From: the human T2T-CHM13v2.0 reference genome, Homo sapiens
DNA length: 64,000 nt
Assembly: GCF_009914755.1 (NCBI RefSeq)
Contig: NC_060932.1
Strand: one strand, 5' to 3'
Shown in pieces: positions 12,360 to 26,418 of this stretch (positions within the stretch are counted from its first letter, which is position 1; each line of letters starts with the position of its first letter). Under the pieces are notes generated by a model. It saw only the letters and a program-made list of their open reading frames with translations. It had not been told where the DNA came from and did not search any database. The position numbers were made by a program, and so were the translations under genes.

Positions 12360-13540
12360 AGTGACTCGTTTGTTAACAATTATTGTGTGCTAACAATATT
12401 CTAGGTACTGGGCTAGATGGTGAGTATATAATGTTGAATGATTCAGAATCCATGTGCTCAAGGAATTTGTAGTCTACTAAGGGAGTGGTGCAACTTAATC
12501 TATAACTTATTATTTATTCAGCAAATTCTTGTTGAAAACTATCACAGAATCTATCCTAGCAGTGCTGTGAATATAGCTATGAATAAAAAAGACCAAAATG
12601 TCTGCCCAGATAAAGGATACATTGTGCATACATACACTGGGGAGAGGCAGACAAAAAAACAATGTAGTTTGAGTGTGTGTGCGTGCTTGCATGCGTGCAT
12701 GCAGGCATGTGCATATATAATGCTAAAACATGATAAGTACTATTAAAAAAACAGGTTAGGGTGATTGAAACTACTAGGGTATGAATAAGAGTGGGTTGCA
12801 ATTTAAAGTAGGGTCATTGTGGTTGGCCTTATTGAGGTGACATTGGAGTCAAGACTTGGAAGAAGAAAGGTTGTTGGCCACACAGCTATTGAGGGAAAAA
12901 TGTTCCAGATAGAAGAAACAGTCAGGGCAATGCCTTGGGATGGAATCATGCATAGAGTATTCACAGAATAGCAAGGAAGCTCTAGTTCTAAAGTAAAGTG
13001 ACTGGGAATAGCGGTATGGGATGGGTCAGAGAGTGGGAGGCCCTGTCAGCCTTGGGAAGAATTCAGTTTTAGTAAAGTGGAAACAGTTGGAGGGCTCTGG
13101 GCTGAAGGATGATGCAATCCAATTTGTGTTTTAAACAGATTACTCTGGCTGCTTGTGAAGAATAGACATAGGTACAAGAGGAGATGCAGGGAAACCAGTT
13201 AGGAAACCATTGCAATAAGCTAGTTTTGAGATTATTTTAGTGGCTGAGATTGGGATGGAAACAGTGAAAGTGGTGGGAAGACAACAAATTCCGGATATAT
13301 TTAAAAATTGAGCCACTGGAATTGGATGTGTGATATTTAAAAATGAGAGGAGCTGAAGATGCATTCAGAATTTTAGTGAGGCTACTACTTAGGAGACTGG
13401 AAAAGGATGGGGACAAGAGTGAAGACTTCAGGTAAAAATGACTGGGGATGGACCCAGGGAGATCAGGAGTTCAGTTTTGCACATTGTAAACATTAAATAT
13501 TCCAAGTGGAAGACTTCAGCAGTTGGATTTGTATGTACTA
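12360..13540 (-). mobile_element. L2 fragments
   Basis: Antisense L2 tail (tttattcagcaaattcttgttg) and body motifs (gaggtgacattggag, gggaaaccagttaggaaaccattgcaataa, ggagttcagttttgcacattg). Confidence 0.75.
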
Positions 13541-14929
13541 AAACAGAGCTTGGCACAGGATTCCACGAAAACATGTAGAAAGGATATCTACCTAATGCTT
13601 CCCAAGGAAATGGGAAATGCTGCTTCGAGAAAGCAGAAGAGTTGGCTGTGTGATCAAGAAGGCTTCAGGAAATGAAGTGGGCATTGAACAGTAGGAGCTA
13701 TTTGGCTACAGATGGTGTTGTGAGAGAATTCCAGACATAATGAATAATCGAAGCAAGACCCATAGAATGGGAATAAGCAGAGTGAGTTTGTGAGTGTGAG
13801 CAGAACCCTGCCTGGAGTGAGGATTCTTATGGAGCTGCTGGCGGATAAATATGGATGGGTGACTTAGGGCCATATTTTGGGGGACCTTGAAGGTCAGGCT
13901 CCTCTGGAAAAGCATCCCTTGCCAATTGGTCAGCTTGGAGCTTCTTTCCAAGCCCTCTGCAGCCAGAGTTGACATTTCTATCTCAACACTGTCCAGAGTA
14001 TTCTGTGAGTCTATTCATTTACTTTTCTCTCAGCCTCCTGGGATTGTATGTTTCTTGAGGGCAAAGACCTTATATTTTTATTTTTATCTATCCCAAAGAT
14101 TCATTAGTGAAAGCTGAATAAATGTTTATTCAAAGAATAAGTTATATTTGATACACACACCTCTTGATCATATTTTCATTTCAATACCCATGGGAACTTT
14201 TTTTCAAAAGTAAAATCTTTGTCTATAATGAATAGGTGAAAGATCCAGTACAATTATTTCACATTGTAAGAGCTAACATTGCTGGAAAGATTGTAGGAAA
14301 CAGTTTTTCAAAACAGTGACTACCAAGTGACAAGACGCAAAGCCCCTTAAAGCTGCTAAGGAGGAAACATTGGAACTCGAAGGTAGATAAAAGACCAGGT
14401 TTTTAGGAATAAATTAAAGAGAGGGAAATGGCTGGTGGATTTGCAGGGAGGGAATTTGTCCAGGCCAGTTGCATATTGTTTGAGGATGGAAGAGTGAAAT
14501 CTCTTACTGCACCTTAGGTATAAGAACTTCAGGAATTTGGTACTCATCCCTTCAGAGACCTGTCAGCAAAATGCTGGGCTCAGCATTCCCACAAGGGCCC
14601 CAAGATGAACACCATGGTTTACAGAGGAGGAGATTCTATGTCAAGCTCGATCCCCAGATCTAGCAAAGAGGATGGGAGGGACTGAGTAGCTGACAGCAAC
14701 CAGTTAGCACTGACTGAGAGCTGGCCACCAGAACCAATTGTGGCTCCACTCAATGTGGGCTCAGGGGAAACAGCTGCTGCTTGAGTCACCAACAATGCAC
14801 TGCTGAGTATGTTTGAATGTTATGCAGAACTCTCTGGGGGGTAGTGAATATATGCACCAATTCATTTAAAATAATTCTATTAGGCACTATCCTAGTCTTG
14901 TCTCTAGTCCTAACTGCTCTGATTGATAG

Positions 14930-15673
14930 AGTCGTATGTCCATTAGCTCATTTAAAAACTCCATTACTTGTTTTTCTTAAAGTAACTGGGTCAGTTTGTT
15001 CATTGGAGAAAACATCTGCCACAAACCCAAGTCTGATTATCCTTAGTTTGCCCTTTAGTCATTCTTTCACATTGAAATGGTGTTTAAGTGTAAAAAGCAG
15101 CTAGTTCAGCTCCCAATTCAAGCCATTACACAAGGGCATTTCTGCAAGACAACAATCATACTTAGTGTACAGGAGAAGTGCTTCATGTGTACTTCCCATT
15201 TCTTCGACAGAATATTAAAAATATGTGTATTCTGGCCAGGTGCAGCAGCTCACACCTGTAATCTCAGCACTTTGAGAGGCCAAGGCAGGAGGATCACTTG
15301 AGCTCAGAAGTTTGAGACCTGCCTAAGTAACATAACAGGGCCCCTCTACAAAACATAATAAATAAAGATGGGTAGTCAAGGGCCAAAATTTAATAATGTT
15401 ACTGTGTTTTACTAATTTATCAATACACTGATAAGTGGAACTGACTTTTTTTTTTTTTTTTTTTGCTCCTGGGGCAAGGCACTGTGGAAGATGAGATCTA
15501 GCATAGTCAGGTGCCACTGTCTTAATTTATATTGCACCACTGGTGCAAATGACCACACAGTGAAAATGGCAGATAACTCAATATCATTATGAAGATAGTT
15601 TTGACCCTGTGGCACCTCTAAAGTGGTCTCATGGATCCCTGCAGATGGCAGACCACAATTTAAGAATGACTGC
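14930..15673. mobile_element. Charlie1 (hAT) DNA transposon fragment interrupted by a FLAM
   Basis: ggagaaaacatctgcc...cccaagtctga; tacttcccatttc...cagaatattaaaaa; terminal gaccacaatttaagaatgactg. Confidence 0.8.
15234..15367 (+). mobile_element. FLAM (Alu monomer)
   Basis: Single left monomer ggccaggtgcagcagctcacacctgtaatc...gaggatcacttgagctcag, with A-rich tail. Confidence 0.85.
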
Positions 15674-16305
15674 TATATAGAAATTTCTTTGCATATACTA
15701 ATTTTTGTGTACTTCAAATTCTTGAGTCAAAGTCTATAAAAATACTTTAAGGTGCCTGACATGTATTAACAAATTGCCTTGCAAGTAAGGTCCACCTAAA
15801 TAATTCACACTTCCCTCTGAAACGTATGAGAGTCCATTTTATCAGCCAAACACTCTACAGCATTAAAGCTCCTAACTATGTCCTGTTTGTAAGTAAGATG
15901 GAGGCCAAATTGTAACTCATTGCTCAATTGTGTCTGAGCTAAAAGCAGTAATTTCTCTTCAATTTCCATTACTTCTCCCAGTTTAGATATTTCAACCATT
16001 CAATACATTCCTCACGTAAACTCCAAACCATTCTACAAAACAATACCTGTCAGAACAGATCAGTGAATTTAGAGAAGAAAAGAAATAGTGATAAAAATAA
16101 GTTCATGACCCATTACTTTACCTCCTCTGTACTTCAAGAAAGCTCTTCTTTTTAAACTAATTCACTACATAGGCTAGCAATAAGTTGCGTTCCAGCTCCT
16201 TTAATCTAAAAAGTGATTTTTAAGCCATAATCATTATCATAAAATTCCAAGGCAAAAATATTTAATGTATAATCATAGGAATGGAAGGAAGAAAATGTAA
16301 GCTAG

Positions 16306-16680
<375 letters not shown>

Positions 16681-17789
16681 TAATCAAAAATTCTCTGAAG
16701 GACAAGATTCAGTAGTTTTAAGGATTTTACTAGGTATATTGAACTTCATTATAATTAGTGATCATTTTAATAGGATAAGATTTATCTTAGACACAGATCA
16801 AAGGGATTTAGCTACCTAAGGGATCATCTCATGGTGTACATTACATCGCACATAATAATCCCACAAGGGGAATTCCTCATAGGCTGAGTGCTGGGCAGAA
16901 AACTCCAGAGAACATTTGGTTGATGCCTAACATATGAAGAATACTCAGCACCATGGCTAGAACATACCTAAACACACGGTAGATATTTATTCATCCTTTC
17001 AAAGCCTGGTCCATCATCTGTAATTTCCCCTCATCAGAAGAGGACATGTGTTCAAGAAGGAAAGTGTTATTTCTAAAAAGGGATGTTAAACCTCATTAAA
17101 AAGCACAGATATTAGTATTTTCAAATGTAATTATGCCTAACAGACTATTAATATTGTAAATGTAATCTTGTGGTTAGGATTTGCTAAATCAACACATCAA
17201 TAAACTCTAGTTTATACAATTATAAAACCTATTTTCACACTTATAAAAATGACATTTGAAAATTAAAATAAAGCAGGTAAAGAAACATTTCATTGTGGGT
17301 GACAACAAATTTTGTGCAACTGATTTTTAAATCAATTATTGGAGGAAAAATAGATTCACTTTAGTACAAGTTCCACTGATTCTCAAGAAAGAAATTGAAT
17401 GTTCAATAAATAAGTAATTAAATAAGCCGTTTAAGTTAAATATGCCTTATAATGCATATTGAAGCTTTTAAACAATACTAAAAATATGAGAGAATTCTTT
17501 TTTAATTCTGAATTTCAGGGATCTCAATAATTGTATTAAGTGTGGTAGAAAAGGGTGATCAACAAGAAGTAAGGGCCAAGCCAGAGTCTTTTCTTTGCCA
17601 GTTCAAGTGTTTCAAAAGACAACATTCATGTCTAATGGAGAGACGACTTAAATGTACTTATTCACTGGATGAGGATTTGTTAAGTGTTTTTCATTTGCTA
17701 AGTTTTGTGTACAAAACTCATCAGATCTGAGCCCTGATATTCCACTTCTTTATATTAGTATTTACAAAGGTCTTACTAGTATTTACAAA

Positions 17790-18150
17790 AGTCAGACACC
17801 GGTCCAGGCACTTCAAACAGGTGGGAGGCAAGATAGACAGGGCCCTGCCCTTCTGGAGTTTACGGTCCATTGGGCGGTAGGGAGAAAAGGGACAATAAAT
17901 GATAAACAAGTAAGCAAATGAATGAATGAGACCATTTCAGAGATTAGTGATAGCAAGAAGACAAAACAAGAGGATGTAAGGAAGCAATAGAAGTACATCT
18001 CAAGAGGTGAAATTTGAGCTTAGCCCTAAATGACATGAGGAAGGCAGACATGCAAAGAACCAGGGTGGAACTTCAAGACAGGGGAAAAGGCAAGTGCAAA
18101 GGCCTTTAGAAAAATAGTTAAAAGAGATTCGATTGAAAAGACAGGCAAGT
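17790..18150 (-). mobile_element. L2 fragment
   Basis: ggccctgcccttctggagtttacggtcc; gaggtgaaatttgagcttagccctaaatga; caagtgcaaaggcc. Confidence 0.7.
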
Positions 18151-18899
18151 GGAAGCTTTCTCCTTCCCCTAGCTGCCCAACTCACCTGCCCCAAGTCTTT
18201 ACTACATGATGTTAGAATATGATCTACTTCTTTTCTCCAGACCTGGAAATCAACCCACCAGGCCAGGGGACTGGGTTTTGTGTGCCTCTAGCAAATTAGA
18301 CTTGGTTTTATCTACTTAGCTGTATTTAGGAGTTCTTATATTTTACATGGAAGCAGTATTAAATCAAACAATTTATAAACCACTGTTTATAAGTGAAGAA
18401 AGTAAGCTCTAGCCTGTAAGAGCAATTTATAGTCAAGGCCAGGGTTAAAATACCTGGAACTCCCAGTGCTAGTCATCTTGGGGAGACACATTACCTTTTA
18501 CCTTCAGTCACTCTTGGGCTGAAACATGACAGCTGTTGATATACTTGAGTGTTATTAGCAGGTTGAGAACAGTGATCTATAGAGTAAAACACTCAGTGCA
18601 TTAAGAAAAGTTGGCATCTCAAAGATAGATACCTAGAGTTTATGGGGAAACGATGGTCTCCATATTGTTGACAGAACACCTCAAATCCTCAGGCCACTCA
18701 TCAGCATCGTTATTAATCTTCTTCTCTAAGTCAAAGGAAGAAATATATCAGGCTTAAAAGCCCTAAGGGGAACAGAAAAGAAAAAGAGACAGGGTAATTT
18801 ATAAAAAACCATTTTGAGTTTTGTTTTGATTTTCTTAAAAAGGACAATTTGGTGAGACTATTAAAATCAGACATATTTCAATATGACTGACACATATAA

Positions 18900-20180
18900 T
18901 ATATAAACATTTTTGAATAGGTAATCCATTCACAAGGCATATAAATCAAAACGATATAAAGAGGTAGTCAGCAAAATGTTTCTACTTCATTTCCATCCTT
19001 CTTTTCCACAAGGGTAACTTTTTATTAGTTTCTTTGTCTTTGTTTATTTGTGTTACATAAACAGAAGTATATATTGTTATTTCTCCTCTTTTTTATACAA
19101 GATTTCATATTATATATAGTGCTGTACACTTTGCCTTATTATTTAAACAGTATGTCTTAAGGATTTCAGCATAGTATTTCAGAGAATGGAAATCTTTCCC
19201 ATCAGCCCATAGAGAACTCCCTCATTTCTTTTGAATGTGCATAGTATCCCATTAAATAAATGTACCACAATTTGTTAAACACAGTCCTTTATAAATGGAT
19301 ATTTAGTCTAATTCCACCCTTTTGCTACTACAACCAATGCAGCAGTGAATGTTTGTTCATAACATCATTTTGCACATGTACAATTATCTACAAGTTCTCA
19401 GAAGAGGGATTTTTGTGTAAATTAAAATTATCCGTTTGCAATTTGGGTAAGTCCATGGTTGGGGGGACGGTGCGCTAAAGTATCCTCTACTGCCAATCAT
19501 GTATGAGAATGTCTACTTACCCAATAGAATGTTTCCTTACACTCTTAGATTTTTGACAACCTGATAGATGAAAAATGTCACAGTGAAATTTTATTTTGCA
19601 TTTCTCTAATTATGATTGAGATGGATCATTTTTTCATGTTTAAGTGGAATTTGTAGTTTTTGTTTTGCTAATTTTTTACTAATATCCCTTTCCCATCTTT
19701 TTATTATGTTTTTCTTAACTTATATTAAGGAGATTCACTTTTTGTGCTATGAATTGCAAATGTTTCTCAATTTTCTTTCATTTGTCCTGGCTTTACTTGC
19801 AGAGGTTTTTTTTTTTTTTTTTTTCTTTGTTTTCGCTAGGTAAAAGGATATTTTGTTGTAGTATTTATCAGTCTTACATAGCTTCTGGATTTTCTCCTAA
19901 AATTATATAGCTTCATTTTACACTTAAATTCTTTATCCATTTGCAGTTTATCATACTGTACAGTGTGAGATGTTTTGTTTTTGTTTTTGTTTTTGTTTCC
20001 TAGGAGACTGCCTAGTCGTTCCAACACAATTTATGGAAACGTTTATTTTCCCCCTTCTGATTATACTTTCCATCTCCATCATATGCCATATATACTTGTG
20101 TCTATTCATGTAGAGATACCATGCTGCTTTAATTATTGAGGTTTAAAAATAAGTTGTAACATCCGGTAGATCGACTTTCT
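18900..20180 (-). mobile_element. Ancient L1M (L1ME/L1MC-like) 3' region
   Basis: tttgaataggtaatccattcac...; tgccaatcatgtatgagaatg; tttcatgtttaagtgg; ttaaattctttatccatttg. Confidence 0.65.
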
Positions 20181-20218
20181 TTACATAATTCTACATAATA
20201 CAAATCCATCTGCTGTGA

Positions 20219-20714
<496 letters not shown>

Positions 20715-21829
20715 TGAGAACCTTGTTCTCCTCCTGCGCTTGTGCTCTCCTCCTATTTGTCAGATGGACAAATGCAGTGCTTTTTAAAGCTTCCACATGT
20801 GGGGGACCTATATCTGCATTCTAGGCTGTTGGATCCAAATCCTACAAGTTGTTCTGGAGAGCAAATAATCATTAAGTTTTTGTAGATTCACTATAGAAAT
20901 ATATGCTTCCAAGAATGTGTGTAGGAGAAATAAACATAAAGGACATAAGGAAAAAGAAAAAATAAAAAAGTCGTTGTTCAGGTTCCAGAGGTTGTTGCTT
21001 GGCTTTGAGCAAAGCACTGAATTCCTCCTGTCTGCAAGGCAGCCTCTGCCCACCCTGGCCCTGTGCTGTGAAGTGACAGGTAAGCCCCTGACAGCTAGAG
21101 AAATTAACACAGAAGCAAGGCTCTATGTTTCCTCCCCTTTCTGAGCAGTGGAGACAGAGGCTGGGTGGGATAGAGAGAAGGAGAGAGAGAAGATAGAGAA
21201 GAGACTGCAGGAGCAGAGAGAGAGAAGGGGGATAAGATAGAGAAATAAATTAAACACACAGGAAGAAAACTTCAAAAACCCTATGCCGAGGCAGCAGCTC
21301 TCCAGGACTAGTAATATTGTAGTCATTTTTAAGAACCTCAGGCACTGACAGCATTTTCTCTGTGGGTACTTCTAAAGAGGGATAGTCCTGTCACATTTGT
21401 GGTCACAGGTCACAGGAGTGGGAGCCCTGGCAAACCTCCTTTACTGGATGAGCCCTGGCCTTTCATCCTGAGGCCTCCCATGGTGGGTCACCTTCCTTCT
21501 CTTCTCAGTCCCTAGTTCAGGGCTGTCATGCAGCAGAGATGTCGCCCCATGTGGTGCTTCAGAGTCTGGGAGTGGCCTGGGCATTTGGATCAGAAGATGC
21601 AAATCCAGCACCCACCACAACCCACCTTGGGCATTTTGGGTATCTGAGGGTCACCCTCATCCCTTCCTATAACATACTGTGAGGGTGGAGGTGGGCCAAG
21701 TACTCCGTGCTGGAAACCGGGAAAAAGGCCCAAGGGGCAGGGAAGCCTTCACCGAGACAGGGTGAAGGCCAGGGCTGGCCAGTGGATGGAGGCCTGGCCT
21801 CTTCCTAGCAGTGATCATCTTAACACACA

Positions 21830-22210
21830 TTAGCAAATATTTCTTCAGCATTCACACCACACTAGGTCCTGGGGATAAAATGATGGGAAAGGCAAAGTTC
21901 CATCCTTACAGAAAGTGATGATTTGGTGGAGGATGTGAATATATATACCAGTAATTAAGACATACATTTTTCATTATTTCTAATAAAAACGTTAAATGTT
22001 AAAAAAGAGCACACATACTATGAGATATGTACTGACAACCACAGAAACACAGGGACAGGACCAAATCAAAGAAAAAGCAAAAACAAAGTACTGTGAAGGT
22101 TTGAAAAAAACAAATGACCACATGTTGTGGGGGTCTCAGTGGAGACTTTGGGAGGAGGAGGATTTGACTCAGGCTTTCACTCAGACCTCAGAAAATAGGT
22201 TGAATTATGT
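21830..22210 (-). mobile_element. L2 fragment
   Basis: agcaaatatttcttcagc...ctaggtcctggggataaaatgatg; ggagactttgggaggaggaggatttgac. Confidence 0.55.
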
Positions 22211-23066
22211 CAGAAGCTCTGTATAGGTATCTACTGTGGCTATAAGAAGGGATTACTGGTAGGGGTGGGGCTGGGAGGCATTCCATGGCATTCAAGAATC
22301 TTCCTTACTTGTGCACAGCTCACGTGCTCTCAGGTATGCTGGCAGTGCATCTTGTAACAACCGGAGATGGGGCAGCCTCCTGCTTCTCTGCCGTTGCACC
22401 TCCACTGGTAATGTAACAACAGTCCCAGCAGACACACGTGTTCCAGGAACAACAGGAGCCAGTTTAGCTAAGACTAAACCACACAGAAGGGGAGGTAGTG
22501 AGAAATTAGGCTAAGACCTGGGTTTGAGTTACCTTTTTAGAGGACCTTGAATGTCAGCTAATGAGTCAAGAACTGGTATTAAGAAGCTCTAAATTTGTTA
22601 GCTTTTCCTAAACCTTCCTATCAGAATCACCATAGAGGTCACTAAATTGCAAATCTTCATTCTCCTTTGATTATACTAGTTTTTCCCCCACGCTAATAAT
22701 GGATGCTTATTTCCTCTTCAATTTTTGCCTTCCTGACTTATGTTTAGAAGCTTTGGTGCATTTTTGGATTTAATATTTTGATTTAATCTATGTATGAATG
22801 ATCCCTAAGTGCTGTGGTAAACAACTTGTTATTTTGTTGAGGCCTTTGAAATTAGCGAGTCTGGAGAAGTAGCATTTCACTTAGTACTGAGAGGGTGGAG
22901 CCCAGCCCAAGATCTATATCCCAGTCCCATTTGAGTTCTATTTGAAACCCCTGGTAGAAGATTTATTTTATGGGCAACTCATATGCTACAGTAATATTCA
23001 CAAAATACAAAGAATATATTATATTCCATTAGTATTGCAATACAGTTGTTTTTGGTTATTCATGGC

Positions 23067-23608
23067 TGTTGTCCTGAACCCCTATTAACTTCAGCAGGAA
23101 AGGTACCAGATTCAAGAGGCCAAAGAAGAGACCCAGAGCCAGCTAATGAGACATGGGGTTTTATTCAAGGCTTACATACAGGGGAAAGAGTCCAGAGATG
23201 GTGGGCTGGACAGGAGAACCGCATTAATTACAGAAATGATCCAGCAGCAGTGGGATGGACACGATCGTCCCCTTACCTACAGTCCAGTGGTGGCAGGCCG
23301 GGCAGAAAAACTGCAACTGATTACAAACAGCATGCAGTTTATATAGTATTTTCCCTTAACACCCTCCCCTTAACAACCTCCATCTGGCAACCTTCATGTA
23401 ACCCAAAACTCAAGGCTTCAATTCCTTGTATGGCTTGTGTTTCATGGGATGGACTGGGGGCTCAGGTGTTCCTCATAGACAAGGAACAAATCTGTGGGTT
23501 GGCTACTCCCAGATTCTCTAGCTTGGACTAACATTCAGGTGTGTCTGCCATGCAGGGCCATTCTAAGGATACGTTCAAGGTACTGCCACCAGAGGCATTT
23601 ACCCTACA
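23067..23608 (-). mobile_element. Intact solo LTR, ERVL class (LTR32/LTR47-like)
   Basis: TG...CA termini and a perfect 5-bp TSD ATGGC (23062-23066, 23609-23613). Antisense AATAAA near 23160 and TATA (ttatatag) near 23340. Resembles the recalled LTR32 consensus. Confidence 0.85.
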
Positions 23609-26020
23609 ATGGCTAATGCACAGGTGCCTCCTTAATCCCAAATATATATTTTCAGGGAGTTACTGATGATTCCAGAAATGTGATTGCTATTCTGGGCACT
23701 GAACTTACAGGGAACTGCATTTCTAGTTTCAGACAACTGATTAATAAATTAGCCTGGAGGACCTAGACAATCAACAGATATTGGGATGTGAGTATGGTGT
23801 GTGCCCAAAAATGGTAATAAGAACAACATGAAATAAAATTAAATGAGGGGAGGGAAAAATAAATCTGGCTTCCTGCCCCAAAGTGGCTCACACCCTTGTA
23901 AGAAAGATAGATATATGAACAAATAATTACAAAGAAAACTGAGTGTATGATAATAAAGGCATTCCCAAGTTGCTATGAAATTCTGAGAATGGAATGCATA
24001 ACGTGAGAGTTGGTGTGATTAGAATTAAGAAAGTCTCCATGGCTGAAGTTGGATATGCCAGGGGATTTTCAACAATAAATAGGTTATTAAAGATGAAGAA
24101 GACAGAAAAGGGCACTGCAGCTTCACTTGGAATTTACCGAAATTGTTTTTTTTTTTTTCATATTTTTCCATTCTTTTTTTCTACTTATATTGAGCTGAGA
24201 TTTTTTAATGGCACAAAGTGGGGACAGAATGAGGTATCTTTGATAAACAAAGATGTATTGTGACCTGCCAGGTCTCTGAGTTGTTTCTCCAAGAGATTGA
24301 GAAATGCCCTCTGTTTTGGCTGGGGCTGCGAGTAGGTCAGAGTCTCCCAGACTGTTATAAGGGACCAGCTCTTCTTACCTTTGTCTTTACTGTTACCAAC
24401 CTATAATCAACTAAGGAAAGCTGAAGTCCACAGATGAAGAGAAAGAGAAACACCCTCAAGGTGTTGAGAGTTAATATGATTAAAATGAGCCCATCTGTGC
24501 AGGCACAAACCCTCACTGATCCTCTCAGTCAGGTAGCTTCCCCCAGGCCTGCTTGGACAGATGAGATGTCAAATGTGCTTCTCATCCTCACAGCACCTGC
24601 CTCTGCTCTAGGTTTTCCAGCCAGGGACAATTACCTACTTAACAGGCAATTTATTAACATATTTTATAGATTCATAAAGTTTAACTTATTCTCCTTACTT
24701 CATTGTAAGCCACAGAGTGGCAGTAGTTAGGAGCCATTTGAGGTTGGGAAATGGGAATAGTTAACCGAGGTTTCCCAGTCCAAAAAACCGAGCGATTGCA
24801 ATGCTGCTCTGGGCAAAGGCCCAAGGCTTTTGGCTTAATTATGCTCGCTGGCTCTTGCCTCATCTGTATTCTGAGACCTTTTCCCCTCAAAACACTTCTC
24901 TCTGTTTTTCTCTACTCTCACAGGCTTCGTTACTTCACATTGGACCCACTTTTTGTGTTATTCATTTCTGCCTAACACTTCCCTGAGGGTAGGAGCAAAG
25001 GGGGCAGCCTCTGAGTGGTGGCCCAGGTGGCCACCCAGCATAGCCCCATGCTAGAAGCTGGGGCACCTGCCCTGGAGGTCACAGCATCTAGGGCTGTACT
25101 GCTGTCACAATCCCAATCTCTTCATTTTGCAGTAATCAACTTGTGGTGGGATATTATCTAGTAAAATGGGGTAAAATCTGTAAGCAGAAAAAATGACACT
25201 AGGACATTCTCAATTGTCTTTCAAATGATTATGGCTAAGCCATCTAAAGGTAAAAAACTTTATTCAAACACATCAAAATAATCAACTGTTCCATAGATTC
25301 TCCCCTCCTTGTCATCAAAAATGCCTGGGCAACTGCTCATGGGATCACAGAGCTTCCAGGATGTTAGCAGAACTGTAGTATTCCAGGGGCCTTAGAGCAG
25401 CATCTTCCACGGGTGCCGGTAAATGCTCCATGCTGTTTGCTTTCACACATGCACAATGTTTCCAATGACTGGCCACCTACCCTCTTCATTGAAGAGATGA
25501 AGTTAATTGCACATGTGTAATTAACAAGGGAACAGACTAGTGATCCCAAATGGTGCACAAGATGATCCACTGACGGATAGGAAGAAAAATTTTATTTCCT
25601 ATCTCCATTGATTTTTATCCATACATTAATTTGTGCATGAATACACACTAACAAAAAGTTTGGAGACCCCTGCACTAGAACCTGACCAGCACAAAACAAA
25701 GCCTGGTGAATCCTCTGTAACACTCATCCAAAGCATACGTGCATGGATGCTTTCCTGCTATGTGTGGGCTGACTGGGGGTTCCCAGACAACACTTGGACT
25801 AGAGCTAAGAGGAATCCTAGCCACCTGCAGATGTGGAGACATGTGCTTACATGACAAGGTTATGGGACTTGTAAAAGAAGAAAATAAATAACAATCTTCC
25901 TGTTTTGCTTAATTTATGGAATTTGAGAATTATACATCTATTTGCAATAGTGATATTTTTCTATTACCATTTTTTCCCTAGATTTCAACAATGGTTTCCT
26001 AGAAAGCATTAGTTGAACAA

Positions 26021-26066
26021 GATAGCTAGCTAGCTAGCTAGATACATACATACATACATACATACA

Positions 26067-26096
<30 letters not shown>
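26021..26096. repeat. Compound tetranucleotide microsatellite (TAGC)4(TACA)~13
   Basis: Read directly from the sequence. Confidence 0.95.
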
Positions 26097-26097
<1 letters not shown>

Positions 26098-26296
26098 TCC
26101 CATGCCTAGAATAAATACTAGAACAATAGGTGGGGAAAATAATGAATTTTGTATTGGTTCATCCCAAGAGGATCTGTCACTATGTTCAAGGCCTTCATTC
26201 TTCTCTATTTTTGCTGTCTTGCAAAATATGAAACACTGATGTAAAACACCCTATTGAGTCTCACATCTCTGTATAATGGGCATTAGCTCCATCAAA

Positions 26297-26418
26297 AAGA
26301 GCAAGAGAAACACCCAAGAAGTGCTGAGAGTTAATGTGATTACAATGAGCCCATCTATGCAGGAACAAACCTTCACTGACCCCTCAGGCAAGTAGCTTCC
26401 CCCAGGCCTGCTTGGACA
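26297..26418 (+). repeat. ~122-bp direct repeat of 24437-24559
   Basis: Aligned by eye with about 15 differences (~88% identity). Confidence 0.92.

Noticed and set aside
16944-16964. RE1/NRSE-like left half TCAGCACCATGG
   Set aside because: The right half GGACAG is absent (ggctag) and the context looks like a decayed MIR tail. A lone right half at ~40517 likewise lacks its partner.
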